A DNA stretch of 64,000 bases from Octopus sinensis (GCF_006345805.1 NC_042999.1:107508001-107572000), one strand, 5' to 3'. Shown: positions 1-12,875, counted from the stretch's first letter. Notes: generated by a model not told the origin, from the sequence alone. Numbers and translations: made by a program.

Positions 1-60
1 TTGTTTGTACACCACCTGCCTTCGTCTTTTGTTTATTTTCCTAAACTTTCCCTTTATACA
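1..60 (+). mobile_element. 3' tail remnant of a Penelope-like family (same tail as 36540-36595)
   Basis: ccacctgccttcgtcttttgtttatttt matches the tail downstream of the HHR at 36457 and runs into (TA)n. Confidence 0.55.
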
Positions 61-150
61 TATATATACATATATACATATGTATATACATATACATATA
101 TACATATACATATATACATATACATATATACATATACATATATACATATA

Positions 151-465
151 CATCATCATCATCATCATTTAACGTCCGTTTTCCATGCTAGCATGGGTTG
201 GACGGTTCAACTGGGGTCTGGGAAGCCAGAAGGCTGCGCCAGGCCCAGTCTGATCTGGCAGTGTTTCTACAGCTGGATGCCCTTCCTAACGCCAACCACT
301 CCGTAAGTGTAGTGGGTGCTTTCTACGTGCCACCTGCACAGGTGCCAGATAAGGCTGGCAAATGGCCACGATTGGATGGTGCTTTTTTACGTGCCACCGG
401 CATGGGGGGCCAGACGAAACTGGCAACAGCCACAATTGGATGGTGCTTTTTACGTGCCACCAGCA
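151..465 (-). mobile_element. RTE-LINE 3' UTR/tail fragment
   Basis: catcatcatttaacgtccgttttccatgctagcatggg is the reverse complement of the tail type ending the RTE LINE at ~5240; contains ~60 bp internal repeats. Confidence 0.7.
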
Positions 466-482
466 CATATGTATATATACAT

Positions 483-550
<68 letters not shown>

Positions 551-639
551 GTATATATACATATATATATACACAGAGTGCAATGGGTAAATAGTTTCAT
601 ATATCTATTTTCATGCATGCACATTGTTTCTTTTTGATT

Positions 640-1263
640 TTGTTGACTACACAGTGTAGTTGGGCACCGTCTGTGAGAAAAACAGCACCATGAGACAATT
701 CACTCTACCAGAAATTTGGAAATGACATGCTGTACTGCTTGGCATTTGCACTGGAAGCTCCAATACTAACAGATGGTGAGCACCTTGAACAGCCATTGGC
801 TTGTTATGTCCCCAAAACATGGACTGAGAGAGATAAAAATCAAACATCCAGTCAACATCATGGTGTTTGGTGTGATCACTAGTGATGGCAACATTAGGCA
901 TCCATTCATCTTCCAATATGGCCTCAGACTCCCCGTACTGCAACCCACTTGATAATTATGTGTGGGTGCAGTTGAGTGAGAGACCAACAAAACTCCTTGT
1001 AGCACCAAAGATGAACTGAAGGCAAGGATTATGGCAGCATTCTCCAGCTTAAACAAGGCGACTGTCCAGAAGAGTTGCAGGAGATTCCGAAGTCGTCTGG
1101 AGGCCGTGGTTGAAGCCAATGGCAATTTTATTGAATGAATTTATTCTTTAGTATTTCAAGATATTTTAATGTAATTTTGATAAATATAGCTGTTAAAATC
1201 AGATGTCAGTGTTATTTTCTTTTCTGCGTAATTTAGATGATATTGTATTCGCCACACCCTGTA
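640..1263 (+). mobile_element. Tc1/mariner transposon remnant (transposase C-terminus plus TIR-like end)
   Basis: Plus frames give MVFGVITSDG and STKDELKARIMAAFSSLNKATVQKSCRRFRSRLEAVVEANGNFIE*; ends in gccacaccctgtata. Confidence 0.75.
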
Positions 1264-1312
1264 TATATCATGTGTGTGGGTGTGTGTGTATGAGTGCATG
1301 TGTGTGTGTATA

Positions 1313-1361
<49 letters not shown>

Positions 1362-2282
1362 TATACATATATGATATATACATATATTTGATGTGTGTGT
1401 GTGTCACACTTTGAGTTCAACCTGTTAGTGTTGAGATTACCTTTTTTCTCTCTTCTGATGCTGATGAAATATGCATCAATTTATGCAAATATTGCGGAGG
1501 AGGATTGTTGTATTTAATTGATGATATCTTTGATGAAAGTCCCCACAATCCAACATGGCAACAATCTAACAACTGAATCCAGAAAATGAAGGCAAAAGTA
1601 ACTTAAAGGAAAGAAGACCAACAAGAAACAAAATTAGATATTTAATATTTATTAATCAATTTTCAATTCATTCCAACAAATTTAATTCCAGAAATGGTGT
1701 TGATGAAGAAAATTTGTAATTAAGAATTGCAAAGAAAATATTAAATTCATAAAAAATAAAGATGCTCTTCTTTATATTCATTATAAAGAATTTTAAATCT
1801 ACTTCCAATGTATCAGACACTTGATATTTTCTAGTTCTTCATGAGAGAATGTAGAGAAAACTCACAATCAATAGCAGATTCAATTTATTGAATCAAACTT
1901 GGCAGCTAGTTGGTACAGAATCTATATTTTATTCCTTGTAATGAATGCCATGACAATAGCGATTTTAAAATATGTCATAACATTAGAAATTTTCTCTACC
2001 TCACCATGGTAAAGCATCTTTATCTCTACGTGATATATATGTGTGTGTATATATATATATATATATTATATATATATATATATAAATATACACACGCATA
2101 TATGTATGTATACATACACACATGCAGATATATAATATATATGTGCATGCATGCGTATATGTGTGCTGTTAAGAAGCTTCCTTCCAACTAAAAGGCTTTG
2201 AGTTCAGTCCCACTGAATAGCACTTTGGTCAAGTGTCTTCAAATACAGCCCTGCACAAAACACCATTTGGTAGTGGATTTGG

Positions 2283-2320
<38 letters not shown>

Positions 2321-2358
2321 TATATATATATATATATGTAAGAAATATATATATATGT

Positions 2359-2398
2359 AAGAAATTTGAAAAGCTGAACGCGAAACCGGTCATTTCTT
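2359..2398 (+). ncRNA. Minimal type I hammerhead ribozyme motif, U3-A8 variant
   Basis: AAGAAAT-TTGAAAA-GC(TGAAC)GC-GAA-ACCGGT-C-ATTTCTT: 7 bp stem I, 2 bp stem II, palindromic stem III, GUC site; followed by a PLE-like tail to ~2520. Confidence 0.7.
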
Positions 2399-2517
2399 CA
2401 AAAACTATGTCATTGTATGAAAAAAATTTATAACATTCTTCAGACATAAAGACTCAAATATATATTTTTTAACCTTTTAAAACAAGCCTTCTGTAGTTTT
2501 TTCACTTTTTACTATTT

Positions 2518-2613
<96 letters not shown>

Positions 2614-2883
2614 GTATGTATTGAAAAGGAGAGAAAAAAAAGAGAAGAAAAAAGAGACATATATGCATATACATATGTATATGCATATATGTATATGTGT
2701 ATGTGAATATGTATATATGTATATGTATATATGTATGCATATATGTATATATATATATGTATGTATATGTGTATATATATATATGTATATATATATATAT
2801 GTATATATATATGTGTGTATAGATATATGTGTATATATATGTGTATATACATATATGTATATATGTGTATATATATATGTATA

Positions 2884-2931
<48 letters not shown>

Positions 2932-3024
2932 TACATATATATGTGTGTATGTATGTATACTTTTTGGTTTACAAAACTGTGTTCCAGGGAAAAAAAATTG
3001 TGATGTTGTGGGAGAGAAATGTGT

Positions 3025-5240
3025 TTGTATGAATGATGGTTCACTGGCAGTTAGTCACTCTGCAAAGATAGGAGCTTGGAAGCACTACTATGAAATACTA
3101 CTAAATGTAGAGAACTTATGGGAGAATTAGAGTTTGCCTAATGTGGATCCAAAAGCAGAACCAGCTATTTGAATAGACAGAAGCATGGAAGCCAAAGCCT
3201 TAAAGGGTATGAAGAGTGGGAAGGCATCTGGCTCATCAGGAATAACCACTGAGATGCTTAAAATATCTGGTAGTGTGGGTTATGGTCCAGTCACCCATAT
3301 GGTTAATCAGGTTGTACACAAAGGAGCCATACACAATGACTGGTGTAGCAGCACCATATTCAATGCTACAAAGATTAAGGTGACACCTCTGACAGAAATA
3401 ATTACAGAGACATCAAATTGTTGGATCAGGTGATGAAAGTTATGGAGAGAGTCATAGCCCAACTAATTAGGAAGAGAGTTAGTCTAGATGAGATGCAGTT
3501 TGGTTTTGTGCCAGAAAGAAGCACCAGTGATGCTATATTCCTGGTAAGGCAGCTGCAAGAGAAGTACATAGCCAAAAATAAACCACTGTACTTGGCTTTT
3601 ACTTACATGGAAAGTCTTCGACAGGGTCTTCCACTCCCTTATCTGGTGCTCAATACAGAAACTAGGGATAGACAAGTGATTGGTGAGAGCTGTACAAGCT
3701 ATGTACAGGGATGCAGTCAGTAAGGTGAGAGTTGGCAACATGTATAGCAATGAATTCAGAGTACAAGAAGGGGTTCAGCAAGTATCATTCCTCAGCTCCC
3801 TCTTGTTCATTATAGTCCTCCAGGCAATAACAGAGGAATTTAAGTCATGTTGCTCCTAGGAGCTTCTCTGTGCTGATGACCTTGTTCTTATTGCTGAATC
3901 ACTACCAGAACTAGAGAAGAAATTTTAGGTGTGGAAGTAAGGTCTAGAACCAAAGGACCTTAGAGTTAATTGAGCAAAACCAAAGCCTTAGTAAGTAGGA
4001 AAGCATACAAATTACAAATCTCTTCGGGTAGATGGCCCTGCTCAATATGTAGTAAAAGTGTAGTTAGAAACTCCATAAGATGTATGTGGTGAAAGCTACG
4101 GACACATTAAGGGTACAGCAATATCAGAGGAAGGTTAACAGGGAAAATAGTCTTTGTGTGTGGCAGATGTACAGATACAATAAACACTAGAAATGTACAG
4201 ACACCATCAAATGATTTACAGACTCCATCAAATGCCAGTGGAGACACCTAGAAGTAGTTGATAGCTTCCATTATCTTGGTGACTGAGTCAGCAGTAAAGG
4301 AGGATGCCCTGAGGACATAGGTGGCCGAAGTTCAGAGAGCTTCTACCTCTGTTGATAACAAAAGGCTTCTCCCTCAGAATGAAAGGCAGACTGTATGATG
4401 CTTGTGTACAAACAGCTATGTTCCACAACAGTGAAACACAGGCTGTGACCACAGAGGACATGCAAAGGCTTGAAAGAAATGAAGCTAGTATGCTTCACTG
4501 AATGTGCTATGTCAGTGTACATATACAACAGAGTGTAAGTGTCTTGAGAGAAAAATTGGGCATAAGAGGTATCAGATGTTGTGTACAAGAGAGACAAATA
4601 TACAGGTATGGTCATGTGATGCATATGGACAAAGACAGTTGTGTAAAGAAGTACTGATCTCTAACTGAGGAGAGAACTTGTGGAAGAGGAAGACATGGGA
4701 CAAGGTAGTGAAGCATGATCTTCGAATGTTAGGCCTTACAGAGGCAATGACAAATGACCAAGACCCTTAGTGATATACTGTGCTTAAGAAGACACAAGCC
4801 AAGTGAAATCATTGTTATGGTTGCTACAAGTGTCATGTAAAAGTTACCTGTGAAATTGTAATCGTGACCATTGTCAATAGTATGATCATCAAATGTTAGG
4901 TCTTGCAAAGGCATGGGATGATCTTTGAATGTTGGGCCTCATGGAGGTGATGACAATTGATGGCAACTTTTGGCAATATGTAGTGCTTGGAAAGACTCAT
5001 CAAGCCAAGTGAAATCATAGTTGTGGCCATTGCTAGTGTCATGTAAATGGTATCACATAAAAAGCACCCATTCCACTCCTGGACTGATTGATGTTAAGAA
5101 GGGCATACAGCCATAGAAACCATGGCAAATCAGACTGGAACCTGGTGCAATACTCTGGCTTACCACTCCCAGTCAAACCATATAACCCATGCCAGCATGG
5201 AAAGTAAATACTAAATGATGATTATGATGATGATGATATT
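3025..5240 (+). pseudogene. Decayed RTE-clade LINE (reverse transcriptase and 3' tail)
   Basis: ORF pieces MKSGKASGSSGITTEMLK, MKVMERVIAQLIRKRVSLDEMQFGFVPERSTSDAIFLVRQLQEKY and ELLCADDL (~3860); many stops and frameshifts; (GAT)n tail. Confidence 0.9.
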
Positions 5241-5379
5241 TTTTTAATAGTGACACTTTTGGGAAAATTTTGTAGCTTTAATAAAAGCATATTATTCTAC
5301 CTTTGGTATTCGAGTACTCTTTCTTCTGCCTTGTTTTGTACTAATGTGCTCACCTGTGTGTGTATATATGTGTGTAGAT

Positions 5380-5440
<61 letters not shown>

Positions 5441-5639
5441 TATTTTGCATAAGCATAACAAGACTAATAACCTGGTGTAGAACTCATGTATGTATAGTCC
5501 AGAACACAACGTTAGATGAGTATAAAGAGCTAATGAGAACAAAGAGATGACACTGGAAAAAACAAGCGTTATGTAATGAACTTCATTAGCTTACTACTGT
5601 TTCTGCTATTAGAAGCGTTGGACACTTAGTTGATTACCA

Positions 5640-5880
5640 ACATAACATCATATATATTTCTTTACTACCCACAAGGTGCTAAACACAGAGAGGACAAACA
5701 AACGGATTAAGTCGATTATATCGACCCCAGTGCATAACTGGTACTTATTTAATCGACCCCGAAAGGATGAAAGGTAAAGTCGACCTCGGCGGAATTTGAA
5801 CTCACAACGTAGCGGCAGAGAAAATACGGCTACGCATTTCGCCCGGCGTGCTAATGTCTCTGCCAGCTCGCCGCCTTAAC
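5640..5880 (-). mobile_element. tRNA-derived SINE (family B)
   Basis: Minus strand reads aaggcggcgagctggcag...gagttcaaattccgccgaggtcgactttacctttcatcctttcggggtcgat; many copies in the window. Confidence 0.85.
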
Positions 5881-5902
5881 ATCATATAGTTTCATTGGAG
5901 CC

Positions 5903-6057
5903 TTGAATATGAAATGCACTTTATTTGGGAAAATTACATTTTTGGAACATACAGATATTCTGAGTGAGAAAGTCTATGTTGATGCCTATGGAAGATTCTG
6001 TCCAAAATTCTGTGCCAAAAATGTAATTTTCACAAATAAAGTGCACTTCATATTCAA
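5903..6057. repeat. Inverted repeat, 47 bp arms, 61 nt spacer (MITE/foldback-like)
   Basis: 5903-5949 is the reverse complement of 6011-6057 with 3 mismatches. Confidence 0.85.
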
Positions 6058-6827
6058 CGTTCGAATGAAGCTACAAGATGTTATCCAGGTACCCAATTAA
6101 GAGTCCACTACACCTTATAGCAGAAACAGGTGTAAGCTAATGGAGTTTGTTACATAACCTTGTCTTTTCTGGTGTCATCAATTTCTTTGAAGATAAGACC
6201 TGTTAGGGGCTTTAAAACTTTAAGTAGCATGGAATTTGAATCAAACTGTTCTGATCCATATGTGTTGAGTGCCCTTCTTTCATTCATTCACTCGCTCCTA
6301 TATATGTGTGTGTGTATGTGTATGTATACACACACATATATGTATAATATGTATGAATGATATATGTATGTCACATATATATGTATATATTGTATGTTGG
6401 TAATCCATAAATCAAACTTCACAAAAAACAGTCTATGTAAAGAGAATGGGCTAGGTATATTTTTATACCATCAAAAAACATTATTAGTGTTTGTGACATA
6501 TCTGATCACCAGTTTTGCATCAAATATTGCAATTAGGACGTCAATATCGTCTACAGGCAATATTGTTTTCAAAACAAATGGAGACATTGTGATTACACTC
6601 TGTACTCAATACTTTATTCTGAAGAGCATATGTATATAGATAAAGTTCTAACACCAGGCTGTTAGAATCACTATGTCTAAGTGTTCACTTATATTATATT
6701 ATATTATATATATATATATATATGTATACTGGAGTAAACACATAAATGTGAAACAAGGTGGAGAAAAGAGTACTCAAATACCAGTGGTAGAGTAATATGC
6801 TTTATTTAAAGCAGCAGAAAATTCAAC

Positions 6828-6873
6828 AAAACCTATTACTCTGAGTTTCACGTTCCCGTTCGTCAGACAGTTT
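6828..6873 (-). ncRNA. Minimal type I hammerhead ribozyme, intact core
   Basis: Minus strand: CTGT-CTGACGA-ACG(GGAA)CGT-GAA-ACTC(A)GAGT-A-ATAG; GUA site. Confidence 0.85.
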
Positions 6874-6897
6874 AAGCAACAAACCATCATATAGCAA

Positions 6898-6943
6898 AAA
6901 CTGTCCGACGAACGGGAACGTGAAACTCAGAGTAACAGGTTTT
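6898..6943 (+). ncRNA. Hammerhead copy with U4C substitution
   Basis: CTGT-CCGACGA-ACG(GGAA)CGT-GAA-ACTC(A)GAGT-A-ACAG. Confidence 0.7.
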
Positions 6944-7479
6944 GTTGAATTTTCTGCTGCTTTAAATAAAGTATATATATGTATATGTATATATAATATG
7001 TGTGGCTTAGTGAAATACTTTCTTACAGGTTCGGATATACCTCAAGCAAATTGGAACTGGTAACAAGTTTTATTCATATACATCACTGCTTAGCAGTGTT
7101 ACCCCATATATACGAAGGGCTATCCTAAAGAAACCAGAATTTTGCAATATTATCTTATTCACTTAGTTTTACATCTTTACATGTTTATCGCCTTCAAAGA
7201 ATTCTCTATTTGAAGCAATGGATCAGTCCAGGCACATTTTACTCTGTTGGAAGCAGTGCTGGAACTCTTGTGAAGTGATGCTTTTTAATGTCTTGCTATC
7301 ATGAAAGAAAAAGTAAAAAGGCGTGCTATAGAAGAATAAGACTTGTAATGAAAACTGAAAACTGAACATAACTTTAAAAATTGCTTAGAAGTCATTAACA
7401 CCCAGGCACTTCCAGTAGCCCAGTACAGTTTTAATATCATTAATTGGAATCCTTTGGAACTCCAACACATAGACAGGAG

Positions 7480-8600
7480 ACAAGGAAACTATTAGCATCT
7501 AATAAAATGCACCATCATAAGGCAGACGCTGACCATCAGGACCTATCTAGAAGCATTGGGGGAAGAGGAATGATGCAATTAAAACTTTACTATAGGAATG
7601 AACAAGTACTTATTTAATACAAAGGACTGGATGCTGCAGCTTTTATGCAAAGATGAAAACAGCAAGAAATCACATTCTATTGTCAAGGGAGCTTGTAAAT
7701 TTACAAGGAAACTTGATGTGAACCCTGAATTAGATGAAGAATCCTATATCACTGCTATCAAACAAGCAAAACAAATCAAACTGAATGCTAAAAAGAATGG
7801 ACAGAAGTAACATGAGGAATGGTGGTGCCATAGGTCCTAGCATCATCATCATCATCATCATCATATGAATAATATATTCTTCAAAGTCAAAATATCTATG
7901 ATAACCAAGCAACAAACCATCAGTGGCTGAGGAGCTTAGGATTGAAGCAAGAAATTGAAGGCACAAGATCAGAGCTTGTCACCAGAAATTACCAAGCTAA
8001 TGTCCTAAAAAATGGTGCTGACCCAAAAGGCAGATTCTGTCACATTTGATGAAACAATTGACCATCTTGTTTCAGACTGTCTAAATGAATATAAAAATTG
8101 CTACGATAGAGTTGGACCATATTTACATTGAAAAATATGCAAACACTATCAAACCAACACTCCTGCTAAGTGGTATGAACACCACCCAGAGCCAGTGGTT
8201 GAAGGTAAAAACGTTGCCACCAACTGGGATTTTCTTGTGAACATTGATAGAACAGTCAAAATTAATCATTTTTGCTCAGTACCACTGATTTGCTTGTTAG
8301 TTACTTGACCTTAACCAGTTGTGCTTGTCCCTTAGTAGCTGCTTATGGATAGACACTGCAGTCCCTGCTGACAAGAATATTACCCAAAAACGAAGTGGAG
8401 AAACTGTCGAAGTACAAAGATCTTGAAATTGAAGAATTCAAGATGTGAAGTATGAAGATAAAAGCAATACCAATAATAATTGGAGCATTGGGTATGATAA
8501 AAAATGTATGAACAAAAATAGAGGCAGCCATACCTGGATATGCAATATTACACACTCTCCAAAAAGTAGCCCTACTAGGAACAGACCACATTCTATGCAA
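7480..8600 (+). pseudogene. Decayed R4/Dong-like (RLE-type) LINE 3' region
   Basis: Fragments AQDQSLVTRNYQANVLKNGADPK, ETIDHLVS and EKLSKYKDLEIE...IPIIIGALGMIKK. Confidence 0.7.
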
Positions 8601-8755
8601 GACACTATCATCATCATTGTTCGACCGTGGTCGAGACAATGGAATTTACCATGCTACGCTAGACTTCACGGTCCATCATGGCATTACGGAGGTCCTGTTG
8701 CTGGATGCCTGTATCCCTGGAGATTACATCAGGGTAGGAGAGTGTGCGCCCTCTG

Positions 8756-8908
8756 GTATATTCTTTTACCCAAAGTCAGGAACTTTTTGGCACCCCATTG
8801 TACTATTGAAATTATAGTGTCTTCCATGAAAAGACTATGGAAGGCACTATAATTTCAATAGTACAATGGGATGCCAAAAAGTTCCTGACTTTGGGTAAAA
8901 GAATATAC
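8756..8908. repeat. Near-perfect hairpin, 72 bp arms, 9 nt loop
   Basis: 8756-8827 is the reverse complement of 8837-8908 with 2 mismatches; the right arm includes the left end of the adjacent MITE. Confidence 0.9.
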
Positions 8909-9083
8909 AGGAATGATCAATCAATTCTGATTTTATTCAACATATTCCCCTCTCAGATTCACACACTTATTGCAGCAATCCTTCAGTTTTTCTAAGCCCT
9001 GTAAAAGAACTCAGAAGGTTGGGTCTCCAACCAGGCCTTTCATGATACTCTAAAATCCAGGAACTTTTCAGCACCCCCTCATA
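8862..9083. mobile_element. Mariner-type MITE
   Basis: Ends tacaatgggatgccaaaaagttcctg and caggaacttttcagcaccccctcata are imperfect inverted repeats. Confidence 0.6.
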
Positions 9084-9429
9084 CAATCCAGATAAAAAAA
9101 AACCACAAATGCAAGACACTCTATACTGTAAATACCCAATAAAATAAACAACCCCAACAACATGTACTCTATAGGTGGGATACCCAACTAGAGAACACAA
9201 TTCACATTATGCACACAACACACATTACAAACACTAATAAAACAAGCGATTCAAGCAAAACCCCATAACAAAACAGACATGCAAGAGAGTACCAAGAAGA
9301 GTTTGTACTCCTCCAATACTAACAAAAACAAGAATAAACAGCACTACATACATCTCAACATGGAAATGTACCAGTTGATGCAGCAGAAATTTGCCTAAAG
9401 CTATCAAATATCAAATATCAAAAAAATAA

Positions 9430-9554
9430 AATAAAATAATAATAATAGTAATAATAATAATAATAATATTAATAATAATAATATTAATATTAATAATAAT
9501 AATAATAATAATAATGATAATAATAATATTAATAATATAATAATGATAATAATA

Positions 9555-9588
<34 letters not shown>

Positions 9589-9627
9589 CGATAGTAATAA
9601 TAATAATATATTAATAATAATAATAAT

Positions 9628-9670
<43 letters not shown>

Positions 9671-9740
9671 TAATATAATAATAATAATAATAATAATAAT
9701 GATAATAATAATATTAATAATAATAATAATGATAATAATA

Positions 9741-9774
<34 letters not shown>

Positions 9775-9814
9775 CGATAGTAATAATAATAATAATATTA
9801 ATAATAATAATAAT

Positions 9815-9852
<38 letters not shown>
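9430..9852. repeat. Long degenerate (AAT)n microsatellite
   Basis: Direct reading. Confidence 0.95.
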
Positions 9853-9854
<2 letters not shown>

Positions 9855-9855
<1 letters not shown>

Positions 9856-10420
9856 ATGTCCTGATGCAGTACCAGGCAGTGGCTCTCATGGCGTCTCATC
9901 AAAACTGATTGGACGTATTATCATGTACATGTTTTGTCTTGGCATAAAAGATGGGCTACTGCAAATATTTTCTCAATACCACAGATTTGCTTGTTAGTTA
10001 CTTGACCTTAACCAGTTGAGCATCTACCTTAGTGGTTGATGATATGTGTATCTCTCTTCACAAACAGATTTAGTGAGGGAGAATCATAGCCATGTGTTGA
10101 GAGGAATTCTTTAGGGTTTGATAATTCACCTCTAGAAACATGGGTGGTTTGTTTATCATCCTTAAAAAACTTTATTCAGGGACACTTTGAGGAGGATGGG
10201 CTACTCAAGCTGAAGAAAATTCTAACTGGGCCCTACATGCAAGGTCATGTGCTATTTATCTTGATATAAAATCACCATATCACACACACCTGGTTATCCT
10301 GCATGCGCCTCATGTGCCCTTATCAGATGGGTAGTCATGATGGTTATATTGGGCTTTGTATATTTGTACCCCAGTGTAACCTTGATAGCATGCACTGCTT
10401 TTTCACTCAATAATAATAAT
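9855..10420. mobile_element. Unclassified interspersed repeat (partial second copy at ~8285-8340)
   Basis: gatttgcttgttagttacttgaccttaaccagttg occurs at both loci; flanked by (AAT)n. Confidence 0.45.
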
Positions 10421-10429
10421 ACAGAGCAA

Positions 10430-11760
10430 AATGAAGTCCAGTTTTCTGTGGAGAAAATGCAGAAGCAATAAAAGTTGTTAAACAACTAAAATCCAAACTA
10501 AAACTACAACAAAATACCATGATAATACAATGGCAAGTACTGGAATAAGCTAAACAGAAAAGAAATAGACAAAGCAAAATCCCAACAAAAGTTGAGAAGC
10601 TCAGGATTCAAAGCAGTGAATGAAGAATTTTTATGTGCAGCATATGATCAAAGCCTCCCCACCAGAAACCATTAAAAACACATAATGAAGATAGAATCAA
10701 TAAATTCTTGCAGAATATGTGGTGATGAGGAAGAAACAAATTAATCATATTATCTCTAACTTCCCAGTCATAGCTAAGAAGTAGTATATCTACAGACATA
10801 ATAGAATTGGGACCTACATACACAGGAAGCTATGTCAGCACTATGGAATGGCAGCAGTAAAAATAGTGTAAACATTCCCAGAAAAGGTCTCAGAAAATGA
10901 CAAACCAACCATATTCTGGGATATGCCAATACACACAGATAGATAGATAGATCAAGGTTAATAGACCAGATATTGTCATCAGAGACCTTCAAGTAAGAAA
11001 ATGCCTTCTAATTGACATATGAGCCCCAACAGATTCTTTTATTCTTTTATTTGTTTCAGTTATTTTACTGTGGCCATGCTGGGGCACCTCCTTTAGTTGA
11101 ACAAATCAACCCCAGGACTTATTCTTTGTAAACCTAGTACTTATTCTATCTGGCTCTTTGCTGAACCACTAGGTTATGGGGATGCAAACACACCAACATC
11201 AGTTGTCAAGCAATGGTGGGGGACAAATACAGACACATGAACACACACACACACAAACACACACACATATACGATGGGCTTCTTTCAGTTTCCATCTACC
11301 AAAACCACTCACAAGGTTTTGGTCTGCCTGAGGCTATAGTTGAAGATACTTTCGCAAGGTGCCATGAAGTGGGACTGAACCTGTAACCATGAGGTTGGTA
11401 AGTAAGCTATTTACCACGCAGCTATTCCTGCATCTGACAAAATTTATCTATAAAAAAAGACAGAGAAACTCTCGAAATACAGATGTCTGGAAATACAGAT
11501 AACCCAAATGAGGAGCCTGGAAATAGAAATAATCCCCATAATAATTGGTGCATTAAGTATAGTAAAAAAACATGCAGACAAATACATAACCAAAACACCA
11601 GGACAAACATATATAACATACAGAAAATAACGCTGCTAGCCACTGTAAACATCCTACATAAAGTACTTTCAATAAAGTAAAAATAATAAAAACTAAAACA
11701 GCATAAATCCAAGGCACACAGAGCTGTGCTCAGTAGTGCAGTAAAAGCACATGATAAAAA
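10430..11760 (+). pseudogene. Decayed R4/Dong-like LINE C-terminus (zinc knuckle and RLE), split by a SINE
   Basis: CRICGDEEET...HIIS, TIFWDMPIHTD...NRPDIVIRD; after the SINE it resumes EKLSKYRCLEIQ and IIPIIIGALSIVKK...LHKVLSIK*. Confidence 0.8.
11035..11412 (-). mobile_element. SINE family A inserted in the LINE
   Basis: Matches the other family A copies (cagtattttactgtggccatgctgg ... ttaccacgcagc). Confidence 0.85.
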
Positions 11761-11813
11761 TAAGACTACTGAATAATAATAATAATGATGATTATGATGA
11801 CAAAAACAACAGC

Positions 11814-11872
<59 letters not shown>

Positions 11873-11889
11873 TAATAATAATAATAATA

Positions 11890-12092
11890 ATCGTTTCTAC
11901 TATAGGCACAAGACCTGAAATTTAGGGGAAGGGTTAGTCAATCACAAAACTCATCTGGTACTTATTTTATCGATACCAAAAGGATGAAAACCAAAGCCAA
12001 GCATGGCAGAATTTCAGCTCAGAACGAGGAGATGGACGAAATGCTGCTAATCATTTTGCCTAGTGTGCCAATGATTCTGCCAGCTCACCACC

Positions 12093-12187
<95 letters not shown>

Positions 12188-12348
12188 GGTGGTGGTGGTG
12201 GTGGTGGTGGTGGTGAGGATGATGATGATGATGATGATGATGATAAAAATAATAATAATAATAATAAGAGTAATAATAATAATGATAATGATAATAATGA
12301 TAATAATGATGATAATAATGATAATAATGATAATAATAATAATAAGAG

Positions 12349-12379
<31 letters not shown>

Positions 12380-12395
12380 AATGATGATAATAATG

Positions 12396-12448
<53 letters not shown>

Positions 12449-12660
12449 CCCTTCTACTAAAGGCACAAGGCCTGAAATTTGTGGGGAGGAGACTAGTCGA
12501 TTACATCAACCCCAATGTTTCACTGGTTCTTAATTTATCGGCCATGAAAGAATGAAAGGTAAATTTGACCTTGGTGGAATTTGAACTCAGAATGTAAAGA
12601 CAGACAAAATGCTGCAAAACATTTTGCCCAGAGCAGAAACAATTCTACCAGCTTACCATC
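11890..12660 (-). mobile_element. Two SINE B copies (11890-12090, 12445-12660) flanking a compound AAT/GAT/GGT microsatellite
   Basis: Both show ggcacaag(a/g)cctgaaattt...gaaaggatgaaa/gaatttgaactcag family motifs. Confidence 0.75.
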
Positions 12661-12664
12661 TTAT

Positions 12665-12875
12665 ATGGAGGCATATAGCCTAGTGGTTAGAGCAGTGGAC
12701 TCGCAGTCCCAGCTTGTAACATGGATATTAAATCATGATGACAATAATGATTATATACATACATATGTATGTATATATGTATGTCATTGTTTAGTTTTAT
12801 TTCAAGATTTCTTGCCAATGGAGAAAAAGCTGGTTTCTAACCTAGATCCAAGGCTCTTTCATTGGAATTTCAACA
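12665..12875 (+). mobile_element. SINE-like element: tRNA-like head with LINE-type tail
   Basis: Head ggcatatagcctagtggttagagcagtggactcgc (A-box-like); tail gctggtttctaacctagatccaagg resembles the RLE-LINE tail near 13600 (minus). Confidence 0.45.

Larger units (their letters stand above)
6724..6971. mobile_element. Head-to-head foldback of a PLE-type tail carrying two HHR copies
   Basis: Arms 6800-6873 and 6898-6971 (74 bp, 2 mismatches), 24 nt spacer; the left arm extends into a tail shared with 59341-59480. Confidence 0.85.

Noticed and set aside
1455-1500. CTGATGA motif
   Set aside because: No stem II-GAAA or stem I partner
1440-2030. Possible decayed integrase/zinc-finger coding remnant (IFLVLHERM, YFIPCNECH)
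   Set aside because: Too fragmented to support a family call
12665-12710. tRNA gene
   Set aside because: Only an A-box-like 5' half with no cloverleaf; a SINE head
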